Source: a virus. From it: a stretch of DNA of 39,849 nt. Below, in pieces: positions 27,201-35,218 of this stretch. Location: IMG/VR virus record IMGVR_UViG_3300045988_160528, one strand, 5' to 3'. How positions within the stretch are numbered: position 1 is the stretch's first letter; each line of letters starts with the position of its first letter. The notes beneath the pieces were generated by a model that was not told the origin of the DNA, searched no databases, and saw only the letters and a program-made list of their open reading frames with translations. Both the position numbers and the translations under genes were made by a program.

Positions 27201-30200
27201 GAAATACTATTTTTTCGGAGATACTGCAACAAACGATTTAACCGTAAAAGATATTAAGCGTTTTATCAACCAAAGGAGAAACTATGGACAAGTTTACGGA
27301 TTCAATGGTGAAGATTACAAAGCGAGTGGGAAGCGCGACTTCGGACGAGCAAAGCTTCGAAACGGCACAAAAGGGTTTGGAGATATTTCACAGTTCGAAG
27401 TCCGAGACGGAGTATATACAAAGGATGAAGGAAACGTTTCCTTACGCGTTCAAGGACTGAAATTCTCTGAAGAGACCGAAACATCAAGGGATACCCTTGT
27501 TTCTGACATGGAAGCTGTTGCCGAGACGGATGAGGAAAAAAGCTTTGTCGAAAAGCTGAAGTCTGAGGTTAAGAAAGCAAACGCTTTGCAGAAGGAGCTT
27601 GCCGAGACCAACAGGAAAATCAAGGAAATCTCTTTCACCAAGGGTACGGACAGGAGCGCTCTTCCCTCCCTGAATGAAGAAAAGGAGCGTATTGCCAAGA
27701 AGCTCAACCGGCTTGACAGCAAATTCTACGGCTACAGAGGATACGACACCTTCAAAACTCTTGCCGAGAGAAAATCGAAAGAGGCTGTTATTGCGGAGAA
27801 GCTGCGTTCAAAAGCCGCCCTGCGCTCACAGAAGCAGAAATATCAGGAAGCGGCGCAGGGCATAAAGGACACGCTTGCGCAGCGGGAGGAAAACCGCAGA
27901 CGGCGCGAGATCGTTCGGGACATTGCGAAGCGCATCGATAAGCTTGACAAGCTTGCCAAGGAAGACAGCAAGACAAAGCACATCCCCAGTGCTCTGAGGG
28001 ACATTGTTAAGGCGTTCCGTGAGCAGATAGACTCACGGACTCAGAATTACGATGAACGCATTGCAAGGGCTGAGAACGCAATTGTCAGCCTTGAAAAGCG
28101 GCGAGGGAAATACCTTGATGCGTATACAGAGTATACTCAGCTTGCGGAGCGCATAAAGCAGTATGACAAAGGCTCAAAGGATTATGCCGACGCAGACGCG
28201 CGTATGGGGCAGCTCAAGCAAGACTTTGACAGTTACAATTCTCTTACGGAGCAGATAGAGAAAAAGCTTTCATCTATCGAAAAGAGCGGTGAGAGAAATG
28301 TCAGAGCCGCGGACTATCTTTCCGAGATGCTTTCGTACTACAAGACATACGACAATGCGGACAGCACTTATTACATTGACGTATCCGATCTTGCGCGAGC
28401 AATTGAAGATCTGCGACACTCAATCGGGGAGAGACCCTTGTATCTGCTTACCGCAGACCAGTTGGAAGACGTTCTTGCCGTTACCAAGGCAGTGCAGAAA
28501 AAAATCTCGGACGCGAACAAGCTTTTCAGAAGCAGCCGCAGCGTTTCGGAGACTACCGCGAAGGTAGCGGGAGAGACAAAGGACGCAAGAAACAAAAAGG
28601 TTTCGAGAAGCGACTTTGTGCGAGGTGCAAAAGACCGCACGGCGAACATGCTGTTCTGGAACAATCTGAAGCCCTATGAGCTTTTCAAGCAGTCCGGCAG
28701 CGATACACTTTATCAGCTCTACCGCAATCTGCAGAGAGCCGAAGGGGACAGCGGCAGGCTTATACTCAAGTATGCGGATAAATACAGAGAAACGGCGCAG
28801 AAATACGGTATCAAGGAAAAAATGTTCAACCAAAAGTTCGACATTACATTTGATAACGGAAAAACCGCCCGGCTCACCGGCGGCGAAATACTGACGCTGT
28901 ATCTCACCGCCAAGCGCGGACAGGGTCGGGTCCATCTGCTCGGAGACGGCTTCAGGCTTGAGGGCGGCAAGATGCGTTTGGTGGCAGACGGCAAAGAGAC
29001 AGTCTATGCCAATGCGGATATGATGACGCTTACGGAGAACGATCTTACCAAATTCGGGAAGACGCTCAGCGACGACATGCGCCGCTTCGGAGACGAGATG
29101 CAGAAATACATGTCTACCGAAATCGCAGCGGACGGCAATGCTGTTTCCATGAAGCTTTACGACATCATGCTTTTCGGCGAGGATAACTATATAACTCTGA
29201 CGGTTGACAACAACTATCTCAGGAGTACCATAGACCCGAAAAAAAATACCGCAAAGCTCAAAAACAGCAAGTTTACCATCAAGACCGTTGCCAATGCGAC
29301 GCAGGCGCTCTCTATCTCAAGCTTTGTTAACGTATATCAGACTCATGCATCGGATATGGCGGCATACGCTGCGTTTACACTTCCACTTGAGGACATTACA
29401 AAAGTCATCAACGGCACATCAAAGTCCGAGGATGGCAGTACAAGAGTGCGCGATGTTCTCGGCTCAAAGCTGTACGGCGAAATGATGAAGTTCCTTACGG
29501 ATGTAAACGGCGGTATACGAAGCGACGGAGATTTGGCATATATGCGGCTGTTCAGCGCGGTGAAGGCTGCGCGAACGGGACTGAATTTAGCTGTTGCAAT
29601 TCAGCAGCCGTGCGCTGTCATGCGTGCTTTTGCGGAAATCAATCCGAAGTATTTCATAGGCGTAAAGGCAAAGACCATGTCGGAGGCGCAGCAAAGAAAA
29701 TCTCTTGCCGAAATGACACAGTATGCCTCTACATGGGTGGTCAAGCAGCTCGGCGGTGTTGACATCAACACCAAGCAGTCTATAGGCAAAACCATTACAG
29801 ACCTCGGCGCAAAAGGAAACACCTTCGGTCATACAGCTGCAAAGGGGCTGCAGGAGGGTCAGTTCTGGGTCGCGGAAAAACTCGACCAAGTCACATGGAT
29901 GTGGATATGGAACGCCTGCAGAAACGAAGCGATTGATAATTTCAAAAAATCCAACGCAGACTATACCTACAAGGATGTGCTCAAAAAAGCGGGAGACCGC
30001 TTTGATGAAATCACAAACAAAACACAGGTATACGACTCCATATTCGCCCGCTCCAAAATAATGAGGGACGGAAAAGCGTTTGAGAAGTTTATCACTCAGT
30101 TCATGGCAGAGCCTATGACCACGCTGAATATGGTTTATGACGGAGTTCGTCTCTTGCTGAACGGAGAAAAAGGAAAAGCTGCAGGAATTTTTGCAAGCCT

Positions 30201-31296
30201 TATTGCAAGCCAGATATTTACCGCGGCTATCAGGTCATTTGCGGACGCTTTCAGAGACGACGATGACGATAAAAACTACTGGGAGAAATATCTGCAGGCG
30301 TTTATTGAGAATTCAATAGACAATATCAATCCGTTCATGCTGCTGCCGTGGTTTAAGGACATATACAGTTTGGTCTTTAACGGGTTTAATGTCGACCGAC
30401 CGGATGTGGAAATTATCGGAGACCTTATGACAAAGGTGAAAAAGCTCGCAAAGGTTTGGGGAGACGAAAGCAAGAACGCCAAGGAAAGAGCCGAGGCGTC
30501 ATGGGATGCCCTTTCCATATTGGCTGACATGAGCGGTGTTGCCATGACGAGCCTTACAAGAGATTTCCGCGCTATATACCGTACAATTGCCACAGAATGG
30601 CAAAGCGCCACGAAAACCACCACTAATACCGCAGCCGACACCGCATGGAAAAACGGGCTGAGCCGTAACCTTACCACGCCGCGCGACGACAAAGGCAAGC
30701 TGTACTACGCCTTTATGAACGACGACGATACATACATCGCACGTACACAGGACAGGCTCGGCGAGAAGGATTTCCGCCGCCGCGTTATCGACTGTCTGAA
30801 GGACAACGACATTCGTATTGCCGAAGCCGCCGCCGCGCACATGGACGGTGACTATGAGAAATATGACAGCATCATACGCGACATAGCAAACGACGGCTTT
30901 GACAAGGAATATGTTGTCGCCGCTGTTGTTTCTGCCGAAAACAAGGCGCTGAAGGACAGCGCGGACGAGGACGAGGACGTTGACACCGTTTCTCAGATCG
31001 ACGGCATGACCGCAACGAAAAAAGACATTATTGCGGATGTTGAGGAAGGAAACTACGACCTGCTCGAAGAATACTACCGTCTCAAGGTGGACTATTACAA
31101 GGAAAAGGAAGCCGACGACCCTGAGGGAAAAGCTTTTACCTCAGTTCGCAGCCTGCTTTCCGGTCACTACAGAGACCTTTACAAAGACGGAGACGAAGAC
31201 GAGCGGGAGCGCATAGCAGACATTCTCGGCGATGTAACCGTTGACGGTCACAAGGTTATCAAAAAATCCACTGTGAGAAAGTGGAAGGAAGACTGA
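21226..31296 (+). CDS. Giant polyvalent virion protein (3356 aa) with a zincin-like metallopeptidase domain plus multiple unassigned domains.
   Basis: A single uninterrupted ORF with RBS GGAGG. The HExxH motif is HTLAHEVTHSI (HEVTH = 24673-24687). Gly-rich hydrophobic segments are present (AWGGFVGGIMGGTAAVIGGGVSAA). There is a conserved block FKRWFGDW...VFYHG at 25822 onward. Further features are a long coiled-coil region and an acidic C-terminus. Confidence 0.85.
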   Translation: MAFEATKNFKKKSAGGRFEATSNFGVDDTVISSRVNAISKDIESLYNDYYKDYTERSKYVLGVDSKYENMQAPGLKVSMQSYKDRAKKIKQSIEDNKAFLTPEGYLAALQNVNSIIDTDTTEDDKTFSDYFNSSAAAGGRDKFNKIVEERAAAQSALKKAGLNENSKYRDIEAALSDRTIDAGAAPDEMGQGRRYQGRKLTSEDKDYLSSLLLTEDKVSTMTDDEILRKIKDKGNPSYKQKIALGEIDRLTKRNEELIKLAEADGNVSSFNPYGDYAEEYANNQQRMEKLRNMIDNDYAGRDVAYYYTDDNGNSGAMSWENLYYERKVGNAYKAATDKGYGGYNSAAAAAYDEINFIEKVTDAMQWLSENSTVSAEKKKPYLDIVKEYDEKYGTNYAKEDGIYSIETKNRINSEIKNSDALNKLKENFKSESGATYDAVKDYAKLQRDKERAAKVQETVQTAVEGVNSVPVVGKALGGIASAISAVPFALVSGTDYIFNLMDSIGHSDYNSDSFRPINTYDDYATNISGEIIGAQTEIYDKAMQEAGVSERARKFWTSTYSGVSSGINSLATVVGSCYAFGPAAGQVVASVILSGQAASSGLQEAVQNGSTTNEALAYGFASGVAEYLGEKISIGSLVDKFLESSFDVTSFKSFMKSFVKDKNLLKMLGQGAVEGSEEVVTEIMNRFSDAVINQDHSKFSNAILTYEAEGLSREEAKKKAFLDVLASAAEQAWGGFVGGIMGGTAAVIGGGVSAARNSVADIKNQTDIGKSIAGTDAGKNVLEIAEKRGFDISKASEEVPEGRGVGKLVSKVRNAVRNRNMGKLAQNVVEAELKAAKETAMPIVNNNESLAEMVAEIATGTADVSAISALSANGVLTEENVEKVFEALEAVQKRTETSEVRNMINDIVETKESSEGKAYNASSIYGIKREGGKTKYILEDGTEVDSGEFGLTSKDKTLFVNAVKGMTDAEANEMISAYRKYANGTDKGVFATTWGLYRSLGETGAAKNGERVAGYKSRIYFTQNAEVNNVLVTSAIEQGVKARAQSEMKRNIKARAERVIQERGRAKGEVRGEEHLGKNKSGAKNVARTLAKLGYDVEFLSEDAKLHGKRIGDTLINGAYDEKTNTIYLRADATYNATDVRGILGHTLAHEVTHSIKVWSEADYNVLTDYIRDALDADFDALVKEKMDKLGMSYAMASDEVIADGCEMLLRDSKALEKLAMENANLFVKVVTKVREFIANLRKAQTDMYDGNEELHDAALKLREALKSLEEVQEVFDNALENSIRNMRNALAEAENAKTRENLDVLEKQAEKEGLQLSEETDDKYDFTKSFAEQVEDFKNGKFPQYDTLLVGGTPQKWQSVGFNALPVTLNQTHVDYALNGTKNFNHTIGEALLKNLPEAIKDPIAIIQSQSKGHSDRAMVIFDFKHNGSQVISAIEIDGTGRTNNIVIDSNAMTTIFAKKNSLSQLKSAIEHTNKGAVELFYWDKNRAVTLLQRAGLQLPSALPHDGSVNSIRDSKSNVKTKFENVTETQQFKRWFGDWQKHPSKINPIFLDADGKPKVFYHGAKKNGGFTVFRNWQYFTDKKSYAERYAERGNSKALYAVYLTADKVFDTRDAQARDIYNSIRSEYGLSELQDTGLPDWTDGYDISEYLDEHPELGYDAIILDEGGDLVDGKPVSRGLSIVVKDSSQIKSATDNIGTFDKGNKDIRYSEETSEQRENALTSFTDDDVKKYVNKAVRRFHTTYSLKKAAYLTTTGSMLDFSDGQGYRVQDHREISDILDLPDDAGYSDGMIYFMNMGNIRLQTYGIDIAAMPNAKQVSMLRSIIPSIMRENDGFYLDVSDSRGNNVFSREYGEGTSTSKIISDIQNYFKDGTIPKEQSDLREFMFSEETSEEFAENEKSAIEKALANMSVKDYNRRGWLRTLLTREDASKLYSAVAELFANKKRKEFRLKDGSYAVEVNNKIIFVSGTFENPRYESVLVFNTDNATDMEALKYYFFGDTATNDLTVKDIKRFINQRRNYGQVYGFNGEDYKASGKRDFGRAKLRNGTKGFGDISQFEVRDGVYTKDEGNVSLRVQGLKFSEETETSRDTLVSDMEAVAETDEEKSFVEKLKSEVKKANALQKELAETNRKIKEISFTKGTDRSALPSLNEEKERIAKKLNRLDSKFYGYRGYDTFKTLAERKSKEAVIAEKLRSKAALRSQKQKYQEAAQGIKDTLAQREENRRRREIVRDIAKRIDKLDKLAKEDSKTKHIPSALRDIVKAFREQIDSRTQNYDERIARAENAIVSLEKRRGKYLDAYTEYTQLAERIKQYDKGSKDYADADARMGQLKQDFDSYNSLTEQIEKKLSSIEKSGERNVRAADYLSEMLSYYKTYDNADSTYYIDVSDLARAIEDLRHSIGERPLYLLTADQLEDVLAVTKAVQKKISDANKLFRSSRSVSETTAKVAGETKDARNKKVSRSDFVRGAKDRTANMLFWNNLKPYELFKQSGSDTLYQLYRNLQRAEGDSGRLILKYADKYRETAQKYGIKEKMFNQKFDITFDNGKTARLTGGEILTLYLTAKRGQGRVHLLGDGFRLEGGKMRLVADGKETVYANADMMTLTENDLTKFGKTLSDDMRRFGDEMQKYMSTEIAADGNAVSMKLYDIMLFGEDNYITLTVDNNYLRSTIDPKKNTAKLKNSKFTIKTVANATQALSISSFVNVYQTHASDMAAYAAFTLPLEDITKVINGTSKSEDGSTRVRDVLGSKLYGEMMKFLTDVNGGIRSDGDLAYMRLFSAVKAARTGLNLAVAIQQPCAVMRAFAEINPKYFIGVKAKTMSEAQQRKSLAEMTQYASTWVVKQLGGVDINTKQSIGKTITDLGAKGNTFGHTAAKGLQEGQFWVAEKLDQVTWMWIWNACRNEAIDNFKKSNADYTYKDVLKKAGDRFDEITNKTQVYDSIFARSKIMRDGKAFEKFITQFMAEPMTTLNMVYDGVRLLLNGEKGKAAGIFASLIASQIFTAAIRSFADAFRDDDDDKNYWEKYLQAFIENSIDNINPFMLLPWFKDIYSLVFNGFNVDRPDVEIIGDLMTKVKKLAKVWGDESKNAKERAEASWDALSILADMSGVAMTSLTRDFRAIYRTIATEWQSATKTTTNTAADTAWKNGLSRNLTTPRDDKGKLYYAFMNDDDTYIARTQDRLGEKDFRRRVIDCLKDNDIRIAEAAAAHMDGDYEKYDSIIRDIANDGFDKEYVVAAVVSAENKALKDSADEDEDVDTVSQIDGMTATKKDIIADVEEGNYDLLEEYYRLKVDYYKEKEADDPEGKAFTSVRSLLSGHYRDLYKDGDEDERERIADILGDVTVDGHKVIKKSTVRKWKED

Positions 31297-31298
31297 AT

Positions 31299-31332
31299 AA
31301 AAACGAGGGTATCACCTACCCTCGTTTTTTCT
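31299..31332 (+). terminator. Intrinsic terminator, second copy of the duplicated cassette.
   Basis: The stem is acgagggta/taccctcgt with loop tcacc, followed by TTTTTT. Base changes relative to copy 1 are compensatory. Confidence 0.8.
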
Positions 31333-31357
31333 TTATACTTGTGTCGGAGGTGCTGAA

Positions 31358-32455
31358 ATGTACGATATTACTTTAGACACAAATAAAGGCGGTTTTCAAG
31401 CCGTTCTTGAGGGTTTCAAACTCGGTGACACAAAGACACGCCTTGTTGTAATACGCCTCATGAGCGGTCTCAAACCTTATTCTTTGCCTGTAAATGAAAG
31501 CGGCGGCGCCGATTACACCGCCACAATGTATATAAAGGGCGCGACGGCGACGCATTACAGCGAGTGCACGGCATATGCCGACCGCATAGAGCATACCTTT
31601 CTCACGTCGGAGATCGAAGCGGGAGAATCAGAATGCGAAATCCGCATCATCGGGAGCGGCGGGGACACGCTCACAAGCGCAAAGTTTAAAATTTACGCGG
31701 AGGCGGTGCTGCAGAATGACGCGGCAATCGAAGCGACAGACACATACTCCGCGCTTGACAAGGCGCTTGCGGATGTCAAAAACGCGCAGACCGGGCTTGA
31801 CAAGGCGCTTGCGGATGTCAAGGACGTGCAGACCGGGCTTGATACGAAGATGCCGAAGGTGCCGGAAGCGGAAGCAGACTGCATTGCCGTATTTGACGGC
31901 AAAGGCAATGTCGCGGAGAGCGGCTACTATACAGAGGATATCGAAAGAGTATTTGCGGAGTCGTCGAATGAGGATAAGTGGAGAAGCGTACTGCTTACGG
32001 ACGGATTCTACAAAGCTACATACAGCAGTAGGCTTCGAGTGCAGCCGTCCACCGGAAAAATGCGGGCAAACGGAAAGATTGTACACTATGTTACCGATGA
32101 AGAGGCTGCCGCATGGGATGCAAAGCAGAACGCCCTTATTGCCGGAGACAATGTGCAGATAGTCGGAAATGTTATCAGCACTACCGTTGCAAAGGGAGAC
32201 AAGGGAGACAAGGGCGATGCCGGAGCACCCGGCGCAAAGGGGGATAAAGGCGACCCGGGAGCAAAGGGCGACAAGGGAGACCCCGGAGAAAAGGGGGACA
32301 AAGGTGACACCGGAGCTCAGGGAGCACCCGGAACTCCCGGCGTGGACGGACATACTCCCGTCAAGGGAACAGACTACTGGACAGCGGCGGACAAGGCGGA
32401 AATTGTCGCTGATGTAATAGCTGCTCTGCCGGACGGTACGGAGGTGAGCTACTGA
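31358..32455 (+). CDS. Collagen-like tail fibre protein.
   Basis: GGAGG is upstream. Gly-X-Y repeats read [53 protein letters not shown] (about 32191-32350). There is a duplicated 14-aa heptad-like segment. Confidence 0.7.
   Translation: MYDITLDTNKGGFQAVLEGFKLGDTKTRLVVIRLMSGLKPYSLPVNESGGADYTATMYIKGATATHYSECTAYADRIEHTFLTSEIEAGESECEIRIIGSGGDTLTSAKFKIYAEAVLQNDAAIEATDTYSALDKALADVKNAQTGLDKALADVKDVQTGLDTKMPKVPEAEADCIAVFDGKGNVAESGYYTEDIERVFAESSNEDKWRSVLLTDGFYKATYSSRLRVQPSTGKMRANGKIVHYVTDEEAAAWDAKQNALIAGDNVQIVGNVISTTVAKGDKGDKGDAGAPGAKGDKGDPGAKGDKGDPGEKGDKGDTGAQGAPGTPGVDGHTPVKGTDYWTAADKAEIVADVIAALPDGTEVSY
31754..31842 (+). repeat. 42-nt tandem duplication inside the tail-fibre gene.
   Basis: The unit cttgacaaggcgcttgcggatgtcaaRRacgYgcagaccggg occurs 2.1 times, encoding [14 protein letters not shown] and [14 protein letters not shown]. 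Confidence 0.8.
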
Positions 32456-32925
32456 TGTCAAAGAAACTGTACGAAGAAAACAGCATTAAAGCCATAGCCG
32501 ACGCTATACGCGGCAAAAACGGCAGCACCGATACATACAAGCTTTCCGCTATGGCGGCGGCGATAACGGCTATTGAGACGGGCGGCAGCCTGCCCGATGG
32601 GATAGCCACGGGAACGTTCCAGTGCACACCCGCAACGATGACTAAAGAAGTGTCAATTGAGCACGGTCTCGGAGTTATACCGAGCTATGTATTTGTCGGC
32701 AGCATTAGTTCTGACGCATCTCCTAACAATCAGGAGATAGCATTTGCCGTAACATACAACAGAGCCTCAAACCCGCACAGCTATCTGCTTTGTGCAAAGG
32801 GCGATATTGTAGACTGCACATCAAGCAAAACGGCAGATACGGCATCCAACATATATCTGCCGACTAACGGCGGCTCGGCATGGTACTTTCTGACATACAC
32901 CTACCGATGGATAGCCATGGTATAG
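32455..32925 (+). CDS. Hypothetical tail-fibre-associated protein.
   Basis: TGATG overlap with the fibre gene. Confidence 0.5.
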   Translation: MSKKLYEENSIKAIADAIRGKNGSTDTYKLSAMAAAITAIETGGSLPDGIATGTFQCTPATMTKEVSIEHGLGVIPSYVFVGSISSDASPNNQEIAFAVTYNRASNPHSYLLCAKGDIVDCTSSKTADTASNIYLPTNGGSAWYFLTYTYRWIAMV

Positions 32926-32935
32926 GAGGACTCAA

Positions 32936-33109
32936 ATGAGATATTACAAACAGATTGACGCTAATGGGCAGCTGCTTATGATCGGGACCGGGCTCGGCGG
33001 CGTGGAAATAACGGCGGAAGAATATGACGCGCTCTCTGCCGAAATCGCAAATACGGACTGGACAGGCTTTGCGGCCGAGGAGGTGCGAAATGTGGATACA
33101 GATAGTTGA
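32936..33109 (+). CDS. Hypothetical small protein (57 aa).
   Basis: GGAGGA is 6 nt before the ATG at 32936. Not in the ORF track. Confidence 0.35.
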   Translation: MRYYKQIDANGQLLMIGTGLGGVEITAEEYDALSAEIANTDWTGFAAEEVRNVDTDS

Positions 33110-33425
33110 CGCAATAATCCGCTGGGCGGTGCCGTTCGTTCTCGGCGGGGCGGTCTCGATAGCGATCAGTGCTACAAGGAAAATGAAAAAGCGGGACGAG
33201 GACATGAAGAGAAAGTATGCCGCTCTTGAGGACGGCATGCAATGCCTGCTCCGTGCAGAGATAATCCGCGATCATGACAAGTACACGGCAAAGGAATTTT
33301 GCCCCATATATGCGCGCGAGGCGCTGACAAGAGCGTATGCGGCATATCACGCGCTCGGCGGCAACGACGTTGCGACCGAGCTGTTTCACAAAACGTTAAA
33401 ACTGCCCACAGAGGCGGCAAAATAA
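33090..33425 (+). CDS. Membrane protein with an N-terminal TM helix; a possible holin partner.
   Basis: GAGGAGGTG precedes the ATG at 33090. The N-terminus is MWIQIVDAIIRWAVPFVLGGAVSIAI, followed by a charged tail. Confidence 0.45.
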   Translation: MWIQIVDAIIRWAVPFVLGGAVSIAISATRKMKKRDEDMKRKYAALEDGMQCLLRAEIIRDHDKYTAKEFCPIYAREALTRAYAAYHALGGNDVATELFHKTLKLPTEAAK

Positions 33426-33439
33426 AGGAGGATATTAAA

Positions 33440-33637
33440 ATGAAATTCAATTGGAAAAGAGTTCTGAGGACGCTCATTCAGAGCGCTGCGGGCGCGGGTA
33501 TTGCTCTGCTCACCGCAATTACCACCGATTTTTCAAAGGAAGCTGTTGCGGCGGCGCTTATTCAGTTCGGCACTACCGTAGCTATCGCGGTGCTTATGAA
33601 TATTCAGAAGCAGACCGAAGGTGACGGTAATGAGTAA
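33440..33637 (+). CDS. Holin.
   Basis: AAGGAGG is upstream. The protein is 65 aa, starts MKFNWKRVLR, has two hydrophobic helices, and sits immediately upstream of the endolysin. Confidence 0.65.
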   Translation: MKFNWKRVLRTLIQSAAGAGIALLTAITTDFSKEAVAAALIQFGTTVAIAVLMNIQKQTEGDGNE

Positions 33638-34409
33638 TTCCGCGCTTATTTCGGAAACCGTCCTTGCCCACTCCAACAATTATTGGGGAGACCGCAAGGG
33701 CGCGAAAATCAACAAAATCATCGTACATCATATGGCGGCGGTATGGACGGGAAAACGCTGTGCACAGTCTTTTCAGAACCCGAAGCGCGGCGCATCGGCT
33801 AACTACTGCATAGGCTATAACGGCGAAATAGTGCTCTGTGTGCCGGAGAACCTTTGCGCGGGGACAACGGGCGGATTTGAAATCGACCGCTATGCGGTTA
33901 CAATCGAAGTGGCAAACAGTAAAACGGGCGAGCCGTGGGCAGTCTCCGACAAGACGCTTGACAGCCTTATAAAGCTGTGTGCAGACATTGCAAAGCGGAA
34001 CAGTCTCGGACAGCTTGTTAAAGGGAAAAATCTCTGCTGGCATCGTATGTATGCCGCTACTGCCTGCCCGGGGACGTATCTGCTCTCAAAGATGGACTAC
34101 ATAGCAGAAAAGGCAAATGAAATAAATTATCCGAAAGAGGTGAAAATCAGCATGGGTGAAATTACGGGCATCAATACAAGCAGAGGAACGAATGCACTTG
34201 TCCTCATCACAGACGGCAGAGCGACAACGGGCTTTAACAAGTGGGGTGTTGACGTTATCGTCAACAGCAAGGGCATAATTACTCAGATCGTTGACGGCAA
34301 ATCCAACACGCCTATCCCAAAGGGCTGCATCTGTCTGTCCGGTCATAACAATGCCGGATGGTATCTTAAGCAGCACTGCAAGGTCGGGGCAAGACTCAAG
34401 ATAGGCTGA
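33630..34409 (+). CDS. Endolysin: N-acetylmuramoyl-L-alanine amidase (Amidase_2/PGRP) plus a C-terminal binding domain.
   Basis: The motifs are KIIVHHMAA...ANYCIGYNGEI...TIEVANS...CWHRMYAATACPG. The start overlaps the holin stop. Confidence 0.85.
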   Translation: MSNSALISETVLAHSNNYWGDRKGAKINKIIVHHMAAVWTGKRCAQSFQNPKRGASANYCIGYNGEIVLCVPENLCAGTTGGFEIDRYAVTIEVANSKTGEPWAVSDKTLDSLIKLCADIAKRNSLGQLVKGKNLCWHRMYAATACPGTYLLSKMDYIAEKANEINYPKEVKISMGEITGINTSRGTNALVLITDGRATTGFNKWGVDVIVNSKGIITQIVDGKSNTPIPKGCICLSGHNNAGWYLKQHCKVGARLKIG

Positions 34410-34436
34410 GGCAAAATTAAACGGAAAGGTCGTTAC

Positions 34437-34577
34437 ATGATGAAAGATATACCGTATATCGTTTATGAGACAGCCATGTGGCACAACCGGAAACTGACAA
34501 ACAAGCTCATTGCGGTCATAATCGTACAGGCGGTTATCATCGCGGCGGGGTGTGTGGCATGGGTATTGACGAGATAG
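34437..34577 (+). CDS. Small TM protein (46 aa) after the endolysin.
   Basis: ATGATG start. The hydrophobic stretch is LIAVIIVQAVIIAAGCVAWVL. Not in the ORF track. Confidence 0.3.
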   Translation: MMKDIPYIVYETAMWHNRKLTNKLIAVIIVQAVIIAAGCVAWVLTR

Positions 34578-34762
34578 GATACTCGGGATGGACGGCGCTC
34601 ATAGACGAATGGATATTATCCGAGAGGGACAGGGCTATTATGAAGCGGAGGCTGCTTGACGGTATCTGCTTTGAGCCGCTCGCGGAGGAATTCGGCATGA
34701 GCGACCGCCAGATCAAGCGGATCGTATACCGCTGCATGAATACATTAACGGCTCACATCTGA
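34559..34762 (+). CDS. Sigma-70 region-4-like mini-protein (67 aa), a candidate late or accessory-gene regulator.
   Basis: LSERDRAIMKRRLLDGICFEPLAEEFGMSDRQIKRIVYRCMNTL resembles sigma region 4 / LuxR-type HTH. The upstream part of the annotated ORF 34478.. overlaps the TM ORF and is probably not coding. Confidence 0.5.
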   Translation: MGIDEIGYSGWTALIDEWILSERDRAIMKRRLLDGICFEPLAEEFGMSDRQIKRIVYRCMNTLTAHI

Positions 34763-34779
34763 CCCGAAAGAGACACATA

Positions 34780-34820
34780 AAAGGCATTTGCGCGACATGG
34801 CGCAGGTGCCTTTTTTATTT
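34780..34820 (+). terminator. Intrinsic terminator after the lysis/sigma-like genes.
   Basis: The hairpin aaaggca...tgccttt is followed by TTTTTTATTTT. Confidence 0.6.
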
Positions 34821-34849
34821 TACAATATTAACGGAAAGGCGGCGAGGCT

Positions 34850-35218
34850 GTGTATAGATTTTACAACCCCAACCCAAGGGGAAAACGTGTAGGCGACTGT
34901 GTCGTCCGTGCTCTTTGCAAAGCGCTTGACAAAGATTGGGAAACTACTGCGACCGGATTGTTTGTACAATCGCTGAGAGACGGAGACATGCCGTCGGCTG
35001 ACGCTGTATGGGGTGCATACCTCAAAAGCGAGGGCTGGCAGCGCAGAGTATGCGAGGATGCATGCAGCGTTGCGGCTTTTGCCGACAGCAAGCCCGGGGG
35101 AAAATATGTACTTGCTCTCGGCGGTCATGTTGTCTGCGTGGAAAACGGAGACTGGTTTGACACATGGGACAGCGGCGACCGTGCGCCGATCTATTATTAC
35201 GAAAGGATGGATTACTAA
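34850..35218 (+). CDS. Accessory protein with a Cys...His arrangement; a possible papain-like peptidase fold.
   Basis: GTG start after GGCGAGG. The motifs are GDCVVRALCKAL and GGHVVCVENGDWFDTWDSG. Confidence 0.45.
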   Translation: MYRFYNPNPRGKRVGDCVVRALCKALDKDWETTATGLFVQSLRDGDMPSADAVWGAYLKSEGWQRRVCEDACSVAAFADSKPGGKYVLALGGHVVCVENGDWFDTWDSGDRAPIYYYERMDY

